Source of the DNA: a virus
Length of the DNA: 64,000 nucleotides
Virus record (IMG/VR): IMGVR_UViG_3300047160_006886
Location: 32,001 to 96,000 of that record
Strand: one strand, 5' to 3'
The number at the start of each line of letters is the position of its first letter. Within the stretch, counting starts at the first letter, position 1. Positions 19,031-29,155 of this stretch are shown one piece after another. The notes below the pieces were generated by a model. It was not told the origin of the DNA. It did not search any database and saw only the letters and a program-made list of their open reading frames with translations. Both the position numbers and the translations under genes were made by a program.

Positions 19031-19294
19031 CTAAGACTCCTTGATGATGGTCGCCTTGAAGTTCGGGAAGAACCCATCGTGGTAAGGATGCAGGCAGGTC
19101 GTCAGCCCACCAACCGGCACCACCGCTCGACCGCCGCCCGGAGCGATGGTCCCGCTGTTAAACTCACCACCATCGGCGACCGCAGAACGGTTCTGGTGAG
19201 TCTGGTTGATGAAGGTCACGGTCGCCGAACCGGAGTTGAGCCGGAGCACCGAGAGTGAGAAGCCGTGGGCGGTGATGAAGACGTCGTAGTTCAT
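19031..19294 (-). CDS. Hypothetical beta-rich protein
   Basis: GAGGAG RBS. Confidence 0.5.
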   Translation of the reverse strand: MNYDVFITAHGFSLSVLRLNSGSATVTFINQTHQNRSAVADGGEFNSGTIAPGGGRAVVPVGGLTTCLHPYHDGFFPNFKATIIKES

Positions 19295-19300
19295 TTTGGT

Positions 19301-19861
19301 CTACTCCTCTTGTGGGTTGGTGGCTCCCTGGCCGAGGGAGTCGTCCCCGAACTGTGGATGCTGTTGCCTCAGTCGTTCCACTTGAGCCCGGATGATGGAT
19401 CGCAACTGAGCCGCCTCGATCTCCTGCCGTTCTCTCTTCAGATCTTCCATGTGAGCGACCAGAGCACGGACCGCCTTGAGCACGACGATCTGAAGAGCGA
19501 AGAGGTCGATGGCGGATAGTGGAGCATCACTCCGGATGAGATCCTCTGCAGAGCTGATCGCCTCATCGAGCTGAGCTACCAGGGCCGGCTTCTCCAGCTC
19601 TTCGATGGCTTCCTTCTCGACCTTGTCGGTCATAGCACCCATCGCTTCCTGGTCCTCATAGAGCCGCTGCATCCGCTGCTGAATGGCCCTGTTCTGCTCC
19701 GGGGTCAGTTCTTGCTCCTTCTCCCGCTTCGAGGCGATCCACCTGGCACACTTAACGCAAGAGTGACCGTGGTTGATGATCGCGGCATACTCAGCGTTGG
19801 TGCCGGCTGACTTCGAGAGTCGCTCGGCCAGCTGACGGAACTCTTCGCAGGTAAGCATCAT
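19301..19861 (-). CDS. zf-HC2 zinc-finger plus coiled-coil protein
   Basis: LTCEEF...HGHSCVKC. Confidence 0.6.
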   Translation of the reverse strand: MMLTCEEFRQLAERLSKSAGTNAEYAAIINHGHSCVKCARWIASKREKEQELTPEQNRAIQQRMQRLYEDQEAMGAMTDKVEKEAIEELEKPALVAQLDEAISSAEDLIRSDAPLSAIDLFALQIVVLKAVRALVAHMEDLKRERQEIEAAQLRSIIRAQVERLRQQHPQFGDDSLGQGATNPQEE

Positions 19862-20631
19862 GGTTCTCCGTTGGGCTTGTTTTCACCATCAGCAGCCGGC
19901 GGTGGAATCGCCTTGACTTCTCTCGCCTCCCTTATCCTTCGCTCGACCGGATCTTCCTCTCCGCTCTTCCTGCCCCTGGCAGCCTGGTCGGCGTAGAGCT
20001 TGTCGAGATCCAGGGTCATGAGGTTGACGTCGTGCTGGTGCTTCTCGGTCAGCGAGTACTTGGCGGCCAGGCCGAGGGCAAAGGTCTTCGAGACGAACCG
20101 GACGCGAGCCCTGTCCTTCTCGACCCAATCTTCGACCTCCTCTTCATCTCCGGCGTCGTTCTTGACTTTCCTCTTGGTCAGCACCTCGACGTGCTCGATG
20201 TCGACGGCCTCGATCATCCGTTTGATGTGGATCGGCAGTTCCTTGTATGCCTCGATATCGATGACCCAGCCGCCCTGATCCGGCGTGAACCAATCCAAGA
20301 GCGAGACGTTGACGACCTCGGATATCCGCTGCCGGATGTCCTGTGCTTCGAGGACGGTCTGCTCTTCGATGATCTTGAGTAACCGATTGACCTCGATCAC
20401 CACGAGCGGATACAGCTCTGGATCGAGCCACTGGAATCCCTGAGACGTCGCCGACCGTTCACTGATCCCGGCCGCGAGGGCCGATGCCTTCACGTCCTTT
20501 GACTTGACGTACTCGTCGACGAAGATGCGTTGCTTGGCCGTCAATCGCTTCTTCCGAGAGTTGTACGCCGCCATCTGGGCCTTCTTGGCACGTCTGGAGT
20601 CGCTGTCGGAATTTGTTAGGAACTGCGTCAC
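19858..20631 (-). CDS. terS: Terminase small subunit
   Basis: LTAKQRIFVDEYV...ASALAAGIS.RSA HTH signature; upstream of TerL. Confidence 0.85.
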   Translation of the reverse strand: MTQFLTNSDSDSRRAKKAQMAAYNSRKKRLTAKQRIFVDEYVKSKDVKASALAAGISERSATSQGFQWLDPELYPLVVIEVNRLLKIIEEQTVLEAQDIRQRISEVVNVSLLDWFTPDQGGWVIDIEAYKELPIHIKRMIEAVDIEHVEVLTKRKVKNDAGDEEEVEDWVEKDRARVRFVSKTFALGLAAKYSLTEKHQHDVNLMTLDLDKLYADQAARGRKSGEEDPVERRIREAREVKAIPPPAADGENKPNGEP

Positions 20632-20649
20632 TTCGTCACTTCCTCGATC

Positions 20650-21093
20650 CTACAGTGCCACCCTCAGCGGTGTCATGTCCAGGTGCCTGCCTCCCTGCAT
20701 CGCATGATCCTGCTTCTCTCGCATCTCCTCTCGCAGCTCCCGTTCCATCGTTCGGACGGCCTTTGACACCCCTCCGTCGATGACCGTCTCTGGATCAAGT
20801 GGAGTAGCTATGCCCTTCCCTTTGCCGGTGCTGATCCTGTCTGTCGGCCTGTCCGTCCTGCCGAACACCCCTCGATGGTACAGCATCCTGACCACGTGGC
20901 GGAACAGACCCCAGAGCAGTGTGGGAGGCAGGGATGAAATGGCCTTCAGCAGATCCTCGAACTGAGCATCATCGCTTCCATCCGTCGGTTCCCTGCCCCG
21001 CATTCCCACACCCTGGGTGTGAGGGACCGACGAATGGACGACGGGAATGTGTTCGAATACTTGCTTCTCTCGGGCGTGTTCGAGGAACGCCAT
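20650..21093 (-). CDS. Hypothetical protein
   Basis: AGGAG RBS before MAFLEH. Confidence 0.5.
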   Translation of the reverse strand: MAFLEHAREKQVFEHIPVVHSSVPHTQGVGMRGREPTDGSDDAQFEDLLKAISSLPPTLLWGLFRHVVRMLYHRGVFGRTDRPTDRISTGKGKGIATPLDPETVIDGGVSKAVRTMERELREEMREKQDHAMQGGRHLDMTPLRVAL

Positions 21094-21120
21094 GAAATTC
21101 TTCTCCTGATGTCTACCTCG

Positions 21121-21300
21121 AATTATACGGACCGGGAAAGGAAAGAACCAAAAGAAAAAATTCATCCCAACAAAAAACGAAAGAAACATTTTTCATTTTA
21201 CCTGTGATATAATCACAGTGGGAAAATCCTTTCTTTCTTTTTCTTTTCTTATCTTTTATTCTTAGCAAGGAGGTAGAAACAGATGCAAGGCGACGTTGTA
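21121..21300 (-). promoter_or_regulatory. AT-rich promoter block upstream of the packaging operon
   Basis: TATAAT on minus strand at 21122-21127; palindrome ctgtgat-ata-atcacag; similar block at 61055-61227. Confidence 0.55.
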
Positions 21301-21324
21301 GAAAAACAATGTTCCCGATGTCTG

Positions 21325-21433
21325 ACCGAAGTGAGTATCCGGCTGAACCACAGAACGGCTCGATGATGGTGTCATGAATCGGAGGCGGATACTTCGGAGC
21401 CAGACGCCACTTGCCGCCAAGGTAGGTGAACAT
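21325..21433 (-). pseudogene. Truncated Dam-type DNA methylase N-terminus
   Basis: MFTYLGGKWRLAPKYPPP...IEPFCGSAGYS, then similarity is lost in AT-rich DNA. Confidence 0.65.
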
Positions 21434-21503
21434 CGGCTCCAGACCTAAATTCCTCCGCATCCTCATAGCAGAATAATTCCTCAAGAAATCTCCAGATCGA
21501 TGC

Positions 21504-21531
21504 TTGACTTCGCGTCTCCAGACGTTATACT
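21504..21531 (+). promoter_or_regulatory. Sigma70-like promoter
   Basis: TTGACT-N16-TATACT upstream of 21618. Confidence 0.6.
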
Positions 21532-21617
21532 TGCAAGTAGATTCGAGTTGATGGTTTAGGGACGTATCCCTTGGCGGCTCGAATCAGGAAACACTCGCCC
21601 GACAGGAGATCAGTATC

Positions 21618-22217
21618 ATGGCAGCCATTACCCTCACCGGAACCCAGGTTCGCGTCCTCAAGGCACTGGCCAGTGTCAAGACCGCCGGCGGATCGCTCAC
21701 CCGCAAGCAGATCGCGGCCAAGGCGTTCAACGGCAACTCGGTCAACTTCGTCCCCATCCTGGACCCGCTCCTCAAGGCCAAGTACGTCAAGCAGATCGAG
21801 AGTGACGAGGGCGGTGCGGACGATGCGTCCCATACCAGCTTCGCCATCACCGCTCCCGGTCGTGCGGCAGCGAGCAAAGCCCCTGAGCATCCCGTCCGGG
21901 GCAACGGCTCCACCGAGCACAAGTCCCTGCCCAAGGTCGGCGAGAGCTTCACCAAAACGTACAACGGTAAGGATTACAAGGTCACTCGCACCGAGGCCGG
22001 GTTCCGTTATGCGGGTAAGGAATACGCATCCCTCACCGCGACCGCCAAGGCCGTTCGTGGTACCGATCAGGAGGTCAACGGCTGGCTGTTCTTCGGATTC
22101 GTGAAGCCCAAGGCGGGCGAGGCCAAGCCAGCCAAGACCACGACCGGCAAACCGAAGGCCAAGAAGGCGAAGGCGGCTCCGGCCGAGGCTCCGGTCCCGG
22201 CGACCACAGCCAGCTAA
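21618..22217 (+). CDS. wHTH-like plus DUF2924 protein (moron)
   Basis: KTYNGKDYKV...GFRYAGKEYASLTATAKAV.G...NGWLFFG; AGGAG RBS. Confidence 0.8.
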   Translation: MAAITLTGTQVRVLKALASVKTAGGSLTRKQIAAKAFNGNSVNFVPILDPLLKAKYVKQIESDEGGADDASHTSFAITAPGRAAASKAPEHPVRGNGSTEHKSLPKVGESFTKTYNGKDYKVTRTEAGFRYAGKEYASLTATAKAVRGTDQEVNGWLFFGFVKPKAGEAKPAKTTTGKPKAKKAKAAPAEAPVPATTAS

Positions 22218-22241
22218 GCCTAACCACAACCCAACGCTGCT

Positions 22242-22272
22242 ACCCCCAGGAAACCCCTGGGGGTTTTCTTTT
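22242..22272 (+). terminator. Intrinsic terminator
   Basis: acccccagg/cctgggggt stem followed by a T-rich run. Confidence 0.8.
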
Positions 22273-22335
22273 GCCCTTTGCTTCGATTCTTTGGCCCCGC
22301 CGTACGATCCGGGTGAACGCCCTTGGCTAATCTCC

Positions 22336-23790
22336 CTACCCACGCTTCCCGTCCCTGGTTGCACGCAATTTCGACCACTTCATTCCATCCCGTTCCCGCA
22401 CTGGGTCAATACCTGCATATGAAGAGAACCGATCCAGGCAGACATCCACGTATCTTGGCTCAATCTCCACGGCGTAACATACGCGAGCGGTCTGTTGGGC
22501 AGCGATGATCGTGGTTCCACTCCCAACGTAGATATCCGTCACCACGTCGCCAGGATCGGTGTGCCGCAGGATAGCGTTGACAGGTAACTCAACAGGCTTG
22601 GTAGTTGCGTGGTCCGGCGAACGTAATGGGTTATCTACTTCCCATATCGTTGTGCGGAACTCTCCCGCGTCCCTTTTCTTGTGTGTCCGTTTCCAAGTGA
22701 AGAGGATAGGTTCGTGCTGATAGTCGTAGTCAAGACGGTTCAGCGAGAACGTGGCTCGATTCTTCTTCCAGATAATGACGTGCTTGACGGGTAGTTTCGC
22801 GTCTTGCATAAGTAGCAGCATCGTTAAACCCAAGTCACCTCCCTGAGCCGAACAGACAAATACTGAGCAGTCATCAGCAAGGTGCGGATAACAGGCGTTA
22901 AATCCCTTCACTAACACTTCGCGCAGATCTTTCGGAGCAATAGAATCGTCTTTGATATCTACTAAACAGCGTCCAGCCTTCTGGACGCTGTTTAGCAGCC
23001 TATTCTTAGCTCCAATCGATACTCCATAAGGCGGATCAGTAAAAAGCAACGTCGCCAGCTTCCCGTTCATCACTTTCTTCAGACATCGAGGATCTGTGGA
23101 GTCACCGCACAGCAATCGATGTTCACCAAGAAACCAGAGGTCTCCGACTGATGACAATGGCTCTCGTGGTGGCTCGGGGACCTCATTCGGGTCTCCCTGT
23201 GCCTTTGGCTGCAGCATTAGTCGCAGACCAACAATCTCTTGCGGAGTCCATCCCGGCATGATCGACTGGCCGGCTGCACTGCACATCCGCTCGATCCGGC
23301 CGACGACCTCGAAGTCCCAGCGGGCGTGCTCGGCCGTGCGGTTGTCGGCCACCCCGTACCCGGCGGCGGCCACGTCGTCGAGGTCGGTCCAGATCACCCC
23401 GGCCTTGGTCCAGGACATCTGCTTCATCGCTTCGAGCGTGCCGTTGCCCTTGATCACGATCCGGCTCTTCCTCCTCACCACCAGCGGGGTCTGCTGACCG
23501 TAGATCGACAACGACAGCTTGATGCTGTCGATGTTCCGCTCGGGGTGGAGGCGGGCGTTCATCGGATCGGGCTTCAAGGTCTTGATGTCCACGATCTCGA
23601 CTTTGGACAACGACTTGGCGATGAAGTCCTTCCGCTCGGGGATGGCCGGAGCGGCGAGAGCCTCGTCGGCCTTGCCGTCCCCATCTGCTTGCTGAGGTTT
23701 GGACAGCATCCCGGCAGGACCACGGTTCGTCAACTTGCCACTGGACTTCGAGAGCAGTCCCGAGGGACCGCGATTGGTCAGACTTGGCAT
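22336..23790 (-). CDS. ParB-like N-domain plus N6/N4 DNA methyltransferase (beta class)
   Basis: NARLH...GNGTL..ADNR; HRLLCGDS, FTDPPY, HATTKPV, DIYVGSGTT. Confidence 0.9.
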   Translation of the reverse strand: MPSLTNRGPSGLLSKSSGKLTNRGPAGMLSKPQQADGDGKADEALAAPAIPERKDFIAKSLSKVEIVDIKTLKPDPMNARLHPERNIDSIKLSLSIYGQQTPLVVRRKSRIVIKGNGTLEAMKQMSWTKAGVIWTDLDDVAAAGYGVADNRTAEHARWDFEVVGRIERMCSAAGQSIMPGWTPQEIVGLRLMLQPKAQGDPNEVPEPPREPLSSVGDLWFLGEHRLLCGDSTDPRCLKKVMNGKLATLLFTDPPYGVSIGAKNRLLNSVQKAGRCLVDIKDDSIAPKDLREVLVKGFNACYPHLADDCSVFVCSAQGGDLGLTMLLLMQDAKLPVKHVIIWKKNRATFSLNRLDYDYQHEPILFTWKRTHKKRDAGEFRTTIWEVDNPLRSPDHATTKPVELPVNAILRHTDPGDVVTDIYVGSGTTIIAAQQTARVCYAVEIEPRYVDVCLDRFSSYAGIDPVRERDGMKWSKLRATRDGKRG

Positions 23791-23794
23791 GGGT

Positions 23795-24628
23795 TCAGTT
23801 CCTTGTAATAAGTGCCTCGTGTTTGTCTTTGTTCGCCGCCGTTCTGCTCGTTTGCTTGTGCCAATTCCACCCGTGACGGTACAGCGACCGGGCGAGTTCG
23901 CAGTCTCCTAGCCTCACGACGATCTGGGCGTGCTCGAACTCCGACAAGCATCTCGCCAGTCTTTCGTGATCAGTAAACGAGAGCGTGTGCAGATAAGAGT
24001 CTCCGTCTCCCGGCCACGGAGGATCGCAGTAAATGCCGTGTTCTTTCTTGTCCTGACATCTGCTCAGGAACTCGAAGGCGTCGAGGCAGACGAACGTGCA
24101 TCGAGACAGGATACGTCTCCACTCGCGGAGCGACATCACAGCATTGTGAAACCGTACGGCAGAGTCTCCTCCCCCAGCTTCCCATCTGACGGACAAACCA
24201 GCGTCAAATTCATCTTTCGTACCGGCCTTCCCGTTCCTCGACATCCATGCGGATGTAAAGTACTTCATCGCTGACACAACGTCCGGACAGTCCGGTCGAT
24301 TGTTTCGACACCAACTCTGCGACTCGACCAGCGTCGTCGGATGGAAAGGCAGCCTCCGCAACATCCTCCACATCTTCGGTCCGATGACCGGATCGGCAAC
24401 ACAAACCGCGAGGTTGATCACGTGACCGTGCAGATCGTTGACCACGACGGTGCGGGCGTTGATGTAAGTAATCTCGCACATTCCTCCCGCGAACGGAACG
24501 CCGACCCACGAGCGACGGCCGAGCAAATCTCCCACGTTCTTCGCCAAGATACGGTTGCTGCCGTACCAAGGCACCAACGCCTTGATCTTGGGCAACCTGG
24601 TCGTGGTCCGCTGATCAGCTCTTGGCAT
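23795..24628 (-). CDS. Dam-like adenine DNA methyltransferase
   Basis: PWYGSNR, PFAGG, VVNDL, YCDPPW. Confidence 0.85.
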   Translation of the reverse strand: MPRADQRTTTRLPKIKALVPWYGSNRILAKNVGDLLGRRSWVGVPFAGGMCEITYINARTVVVNDLHGHVINLAVCVADPVIGPKMWRMLRRLPFHPTTLVESQSWCRNNRPDCPDVVSAMKYFTSAWMSRNGKAGTKDEFDAGLSVRWEAGGGDSAVRFHNAVMSLREWRRILSRCTFVCLDAFEFLSRCQDKKEHGIYCDPPWPGDGDSYLHTLSFTDHERLARCLSEFEHAQIVVRLGDCELARSLYRHGWNWHKQTSRTAANKDKHEALITRN

Positions 24629-26936
24629 CGCGCATTACCCTCCCGAACAGTCCTCTCATACTTTCCGTCAGCCGCCACATTTCCTGCCCCTCGACCACCC
24701 CGGCCGTCCCTCCCTTGTGATAATACTCGGTCACGCCGATGGCCCGGAGGAACCGCAGCAGCTTCGTGGTGCGGTCGTGGGTCTGGTTGGTCACCGTGGC
24801 AATCCCCGAGCGGTGATTGCCCTGCGTGCCCTGCTTGAACAACCAACGGACCATGTCGAGCGTGGTCCCTCGGGCCGTGTCGAAGGCGATCTGTCGGACC
24901 TGGGCCATCACCGGCTCGTCCACGCTCTTCCTTTGATACACGCCGGCGAGGCAGATGGCCAGCTTGCCGATCTGGCCGACGAGGCGGGACGACAGCTCCC
25001 GCGATGAGTGCTCCTCCTGATGCCGCGACGGTCTGGCCCGCAAGCAACTCACAAACTTGCCGAGGTCATTGCAACGCTCGGCGATCTCCTCGTCGACCGC
25101 CACACCGTGCAGGATCTGCACGTCTTGCTCGCGGAGGAAGTTGACGTACCCGGCCGTCATCTGCATCGCCAAGACCATCTCCTTCGAGCGAGTCAAGGCG
25201 ATGGAGGACTCGTCGCCGTTCTCGGTGGCGTTGCGGACCACCCGCCAGAACGTCCTGAGACCGATGTTCCGCTCGGAGTCCTCGTCGATCTTCTCCATCA
25301 TCACCACGTCGAGGAAGCGCTCGCCCAGCTCCGAGGAGTCGATCTTCCGCAGCGAGTCCGTGCCGCAGATGATGATGCCGAGCTTGATGTTGTCGTACCG
25401 CCGCGAGATGCCGTGGAGGTAATGGACCCTGGCCGCCCCGTCGTACAGGTCTCGCAGCTCGCCGAAGACCTTCGACGGATCGGCCGAGGTCAAGAGCGTG
25501 TCGCCGTCCTTGATCACGAGCGTCTTGTTCTGAATCAGGGGCACCAGGCCGTGATCCTCCTCCCCCTTCTTGTCGGTCTTCCACCCCGAGTGCATGCCGG
25601 TCATCTTCGAGAGCGGGAACACCCAGTCGGTGGCCACGGCCAGGGCTTCGCACAAAGTGCTCTTGCCGGTCGAGGCGGGCGACATCACTTTGATCCAAAG
25701 GGGGTCATCGGACAACCGGGTCGAGAGCACGGTCGCGAGCATCGCCGCCAGAGCCTTCTCCAACCCCTCGGACCACTCCATCGCCTTCCGCCAACAGTTC
25801 TTCAGCTCGGCCCACGATTCGCACCGGAGAGGCTCGATCTGGACCGACCCCGGCCTCGACGCTGGCGACGACGACGTGGACAGCCATTCGGACGGGATGG
25901 GCTTGATCTTCGGCAGCAGCTCCTCGCCGAGCAGCTTGATCCGTTCTGGCAACGTCTCTCCTTGCGACAAGAGATCCCGCACGTCGAAGCCGGACTTCAG
26001 GCTTGGGTCATAGCCGAACACGCCCCACTCCAGCCACTCGACCCTCGACGGCTTCTTCTCGGCAGCAGACAAGATCCTGACCGCCCGCTTCGAGGCGTCG
26101 AACCCGGCTGGAGGCACGTCCTGACCGTTGTATTGCCTCGGATGGTCCGAATCGAAGCACAGGATCACCCGCTTGCCGGCGAACAGCGGAGCCCATTTTG
26201 CGAACGGCGTGCCGACCGATCCGCAGCCAGGGATTGCCAGCACGGCTGACCCGGCGAGCAACGAAGACGATTCCGACCCCGTCTCGGCCAAGCCGTCCTC
26301 CGTCTCCTTCGCGGACTTCAACACCTCCCACAAGGCCATCCCGTCCCAGGGACCTTCCGTCAAGTGAATGCTCGTCGCTTTCCGGTCCCACGTCATCGGA
26401 GCGAACAGGCCGTGGCCAAGACCGGACGTGGCGTGCAACTCCATCCTGCCTGACTTGCCCTTGACCAACTTGTAAAGTTGACAAAACTTGCCATTGACGT
26501 CGTAAGCAGGCAACAACCAATTGCCATTGATGATCGATCTCGCGACTCCCCACTGGGTCAGCGTGTCGGGCCAGAGCAGCTTCCTCTCCTCGGCCAGGGC
26601 CTTCGTGTGCCCGTTCGTGCGCTCATACGATCTCTGCCACAGGCACTTGAGGAACGACAGCACGTTGCCGCCGACCTTTGGACCCTCCTTCGTCTCGTGC
26701 TGACCCTCGGGACACACCCAGCACCGCCACTGGCCAGTCTCGATCTTGACGTTGAACTTCCCTTCGCGACCGCAGAAGGGACAATCGGAGATCGCTTCCC
26801 GACCGTTGACTCGGGGATCGAGTCCGTGGAACCGAAAAGGCTTGAGGAAGTCCTGTCCCTGCCCGTCACCTGGTGGAAGCGAAGTCTCTCGGACTTGACT
26901 TCCCGTTGCTGCTGACCTTTGCTCTGCCGTTGGCAT
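24615..26936 (-). CDS. Primase-helicase (Zn finger, TOPRIM, AAA+)
   Basis: CPFC...CWVC, EGPWD, FDSD and Walker A SPASTGKS. Confidence 0.8.
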   Translation of the reverse strand: MPTAEQRSAATGSQVRETSLPPGDGQGQDFLKPFRFHGLDPRVNGREAISDCPFCGREGKFNVKIETGQWRCWVCPEGQHETKEGPKVGGNVLSFLKCLWQRSYERTNGHTKALAEERKLLWPDTLTQWGVARSIINGNWLLPAYDVNGKFCQLYKLVKGKSGRMELHATSGLGHGLFAPMTWDRKATSIHLTEGPWDGMALWEVLKSAKETEDGLAETGSESSSLLAGSAVLAIPGCGSVGTPFAKWAPLFAGKRVILCFDSDHPRQYNGQDVPPAGFDASKRAVRILSAAEKKPSRVEWLEWGVFGYDPSLKSGFDVRDLLSQGETLPERIKLLGEELLPKIKPIPSEWLSTSSSPASRPGSVQIEPLRCESWAELKNCWRKAMEWSEGLEKALAAMLATVLSTRLSDDPLWIKVMSPASTGKSTLCEALAVATDWVFPLSKMTGMHSGWKTDKKGEEDHGLVPLIQNKTLVIKDGDTLLTSADPSKVFGELRDLYDGAARVHYLHGISRRYDNIKLGIIICGTDSLRKIDSSELGERFLDVVMMEKIDEDSERNIGLRTFWRVVRNATENGDESSIALTRSKEMVLAMQMTAGYVNFLREQDVQILHGVAVDEEIAERCNDLGKFVSCLRARPSRHQEEHSSRELSSRLVGQIGKLAICLAGVYQRKSVDEPVMAQVRQIAFDTARGTTLDMVRWLFKQGTQGNHRSGIATVTNQTHDRTTKLLRFLRAIGVTEYYHKGGTAGVVEGQEMWRLTESMRGLFGRVMRDAKS

Positions 26937-29061
26937 GTCCCTCTCCTGTCTTCTCCTTGATCTTGACACCTTCCGACCAATTGTCCGTGTGCCACTTCAT
27001 CGACACCGGCGTGACCACACCGATGTCGTCTCCGCCCTGTCGCATCAGCCGTCGCAGCTCGCTCGCGATCCCGAGGTTGCTCCTCTCCGGTTCCTTGATC
27101 GGGTCTCCTCGCTTCGGGAAGGCGAAGAGCAGTTCATCATGCACTTGAAGGATGATCTTGCCTCCCGACCGCCTCCCCCGCTCGGTCCGTGTCAGGAAAT
27201 CGTGGCAGCGGATCTGGGCCTTCAACATCCACCAGCAGGCCGAACCGGACGTGTGGTACGACATCGGCAGCGTGGGCTTGACATTGCCCCGCTCCGTGCG
27301 AAAGCAAAGGATCGGATACCCTCGTTCGGGATCGACGGTCCGGTCGGGGATCGTCTCGACGAACCCGTGCTCGTCGGCGAACCGGATCAGGCTCCTCGCC
27401 AAGGCGTCGATCTTCGGGAACCGGTCCGAGACGAGGTCGAATCCGCCGACGACTCCGAACGTGGCATCGACCTTCTTCCTTTGAGCTCCGTACTGCCTCG
27501 CGAAGTTGCCGCACTTGATCCGGTGATACTGATACGGGAACTCCTCTTTGAAGCCTGCTCCCCTCACGGCACTGCGGAACTCCTTCGGGAAGAGCAGCTC
27601 AGCGACCACCGAGTGATAGCTGCCGAAGTGAGGAGGATCGTCGGGATGCTCGAAGACCCAGATCAAGTCGTTCTCGCCGACCTCGTATGCGGGCACTCGC
27701 AGCTCCAAGTTCTCGCCGTCCATCGAGCACCATTCCCAGCCCGGTTCGGGACCGAACATCCAGCGGATGTTGTGCCCCTTGCGGTCGGCGTCGAGACCGT
27801 CGGCAGCTTCCTCGGCGATCCCTTGTTGCGAGATCTGTTGACCATTCGGGTGTTCCGATGCCATCCGCAAATGGGCCGTCGCCGTCGGGTTGAGGTTCGG
27901 GTGCAAGCGGAAGTGATCGGCGAGGTCGGCTCCGTCGTCGCCGGGGATCGGCAAGCCGTACTTCTCGTATGCCTTGACGAACGACAGGCCGGTCTGGCGG
28001 CGACGGTAAGCGAGCAAGTTGCTGATGAACGTGTGCGGCTTGCCCTTGGTCGAGAGCAGCCAGTCCTCCAGGACCTCCTTGTCCATCGACACGTTGCCCT
28101 TCTTCGTCCGCTTCGGATGAGACAACCCGAACTTGTCGAACACCACCGCGTTCAAGGCGTTCGAGCGGCCGTTCTTCGGCAACGCCTTGATCTCGCCATC
28201 GGCCGCATCGACGCACTTGCGGTGACACTCGGCGGCGGCTCGTTCGTATTGTCCTCCGAGCGTGCGGGCTCGGCTCTTGATGCCGGTCAGCCCGTTGCCC
28301 TCGATGCACACGACGACGGGATGGACTCGCATGGCCGTCTCGAAGATGGCCCACAACTTCCTCCGCCGGATCTCCCGCTCTTGATGTCGCCACAAGTGCC
28401 AGGTCGCGAACGAGTCGGCGTTGGCGTACTCGCTCGTCACGACCCAGAACCTGTGACCCATGCACCGGAAGCAGCCCCAGCCGACCCATTCGTGCCGGCA
28501 ATCCGGCTCGGGCCGAGGCCAGTCCTTCTCCAAAGCCAAGGCTCGCGGCAGCCAGTAATCGTATCGCCAGGTCTTCTCCTTCGCCGACGGCATCTCGGGC
28601 AGCTCATCGCTCGCGATCCGCCAGTCCGGGAAGTCGATCCGGGCCGCGTCCCTCGCCTCCTTCACCGCCTCTTCGAGCGTCTTCTCGAACGGGCCGATGT
28701 CGAGTCCCACGTCCCATGCCATCGATGTCAGATCGTGGGGTTGGTTCGTGGCGAGCAGATGCCCAGCCCGCAAGGTGCAGCGTGTCTTCTCCCACGGCCA
28801 CTCGTCGGCCTTGACACAGCCGGCCCGGTCGAGGACGCGGACATCAAACTTCGCATTTTGCAGACACAGCTCATCGGCGGAGAGGATCAGCTCGCGGATC
28901 TCGGCGAGATCGTCCTCGGGAATCTCCGGCCTGCGGGTGAAAGGATCGACCGGCCATTCCCAGAACCTTTGACTTTCGTCTCCGGTGCAGGTCGTGACCA
29001 GGAACGGCAGAGCACCATGAAACAGATCGACGCCCGTAACTTCTGTGTCAATCGACAGCAT
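26866..29061 (-). CDS. Family A DNA polymerase with 3'-5' exonuclease
   Basis: IDTE, QNAKFD, motif A DGENLELR, motif B KCGNFARQYG, motif C VHDEL. Confidence 0.92.
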   Translation of the reverse strand: MLSIDTEVTGVDLFHGALPFLVTTCTGDESQRFWEWPVDPFTRRPEIPEDDLAEIRELILSADELCLQNAKFDVRVLDRAGCVKADEWPWEKTRCTLRAGHLLATNQPHDLTSMAWDVGLDIGPFEKTLEEAVKEARDAARIDFPDWRIASDELPEMPSAKEKTWRYDYWLPRALALEKDWPRPEPDCRHEWVGWGCFRCMGHRFWVVTSEYANADSFATWHLWRHQEREIRRRKLWAIFETAMRVHPVVVCIEGNGLTGIKSRARTLGGQYERAAAECHRKCVDAADGEIKALPKNGRSNALNAVVFDKFGLSHPKRTKKGNVSMDKEVLEDWLLSTKGKPHTFISNLLAYRRRQTGLSFVKAYEKYGLPIPGDDGADLADHFRLHPNLNPTATAHLRMASEHPNGQQISQQGIAEEAADGLDADRKGHNIRWMFGPEPGWEWCSMDGENLELRVPAYEVGENDLIWVFEHPDDPPHFGSYHSVVAELLFPKEFRSAVRGAGFKEEFPYQYHRIKCGNFARQYGAQRKKVDATFGVVGGFDLVSDRFPKIDALARSLIRFADEHGFVETIPDRTVDPERGYPILCFRTERGNVKPTLPMSYHTSGSACWWMLKAQIRCHDFLTRTERGRRSGGKIILQVHDELLFAFPKRGDPIKEPERSNLGIASELRRLMRQGGDDIGVVTPVSMKWHTDNWSEGVKIKEKTGEGHANGRAKVSSNGKSSPRDFASTR

Positions 29062-29107
29062 GATCCACACCGCACCATCGACATGCCAAGGGAGGGGAAG
29101 GCGAGGG

Positions 29108-29155
29108 AAAAGACCTGCGTGAGCGAGAGGAGAAGCGGCGCTCACTCACGCAGGC
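29108..29155 (-). terminator. Terminator/attenuator-like hairpin upstream of the polymerase gene
   Basis: cctgcgtgag/ctcacgcagg stem with TTTT on the minus strand. Confidence 0.55.
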
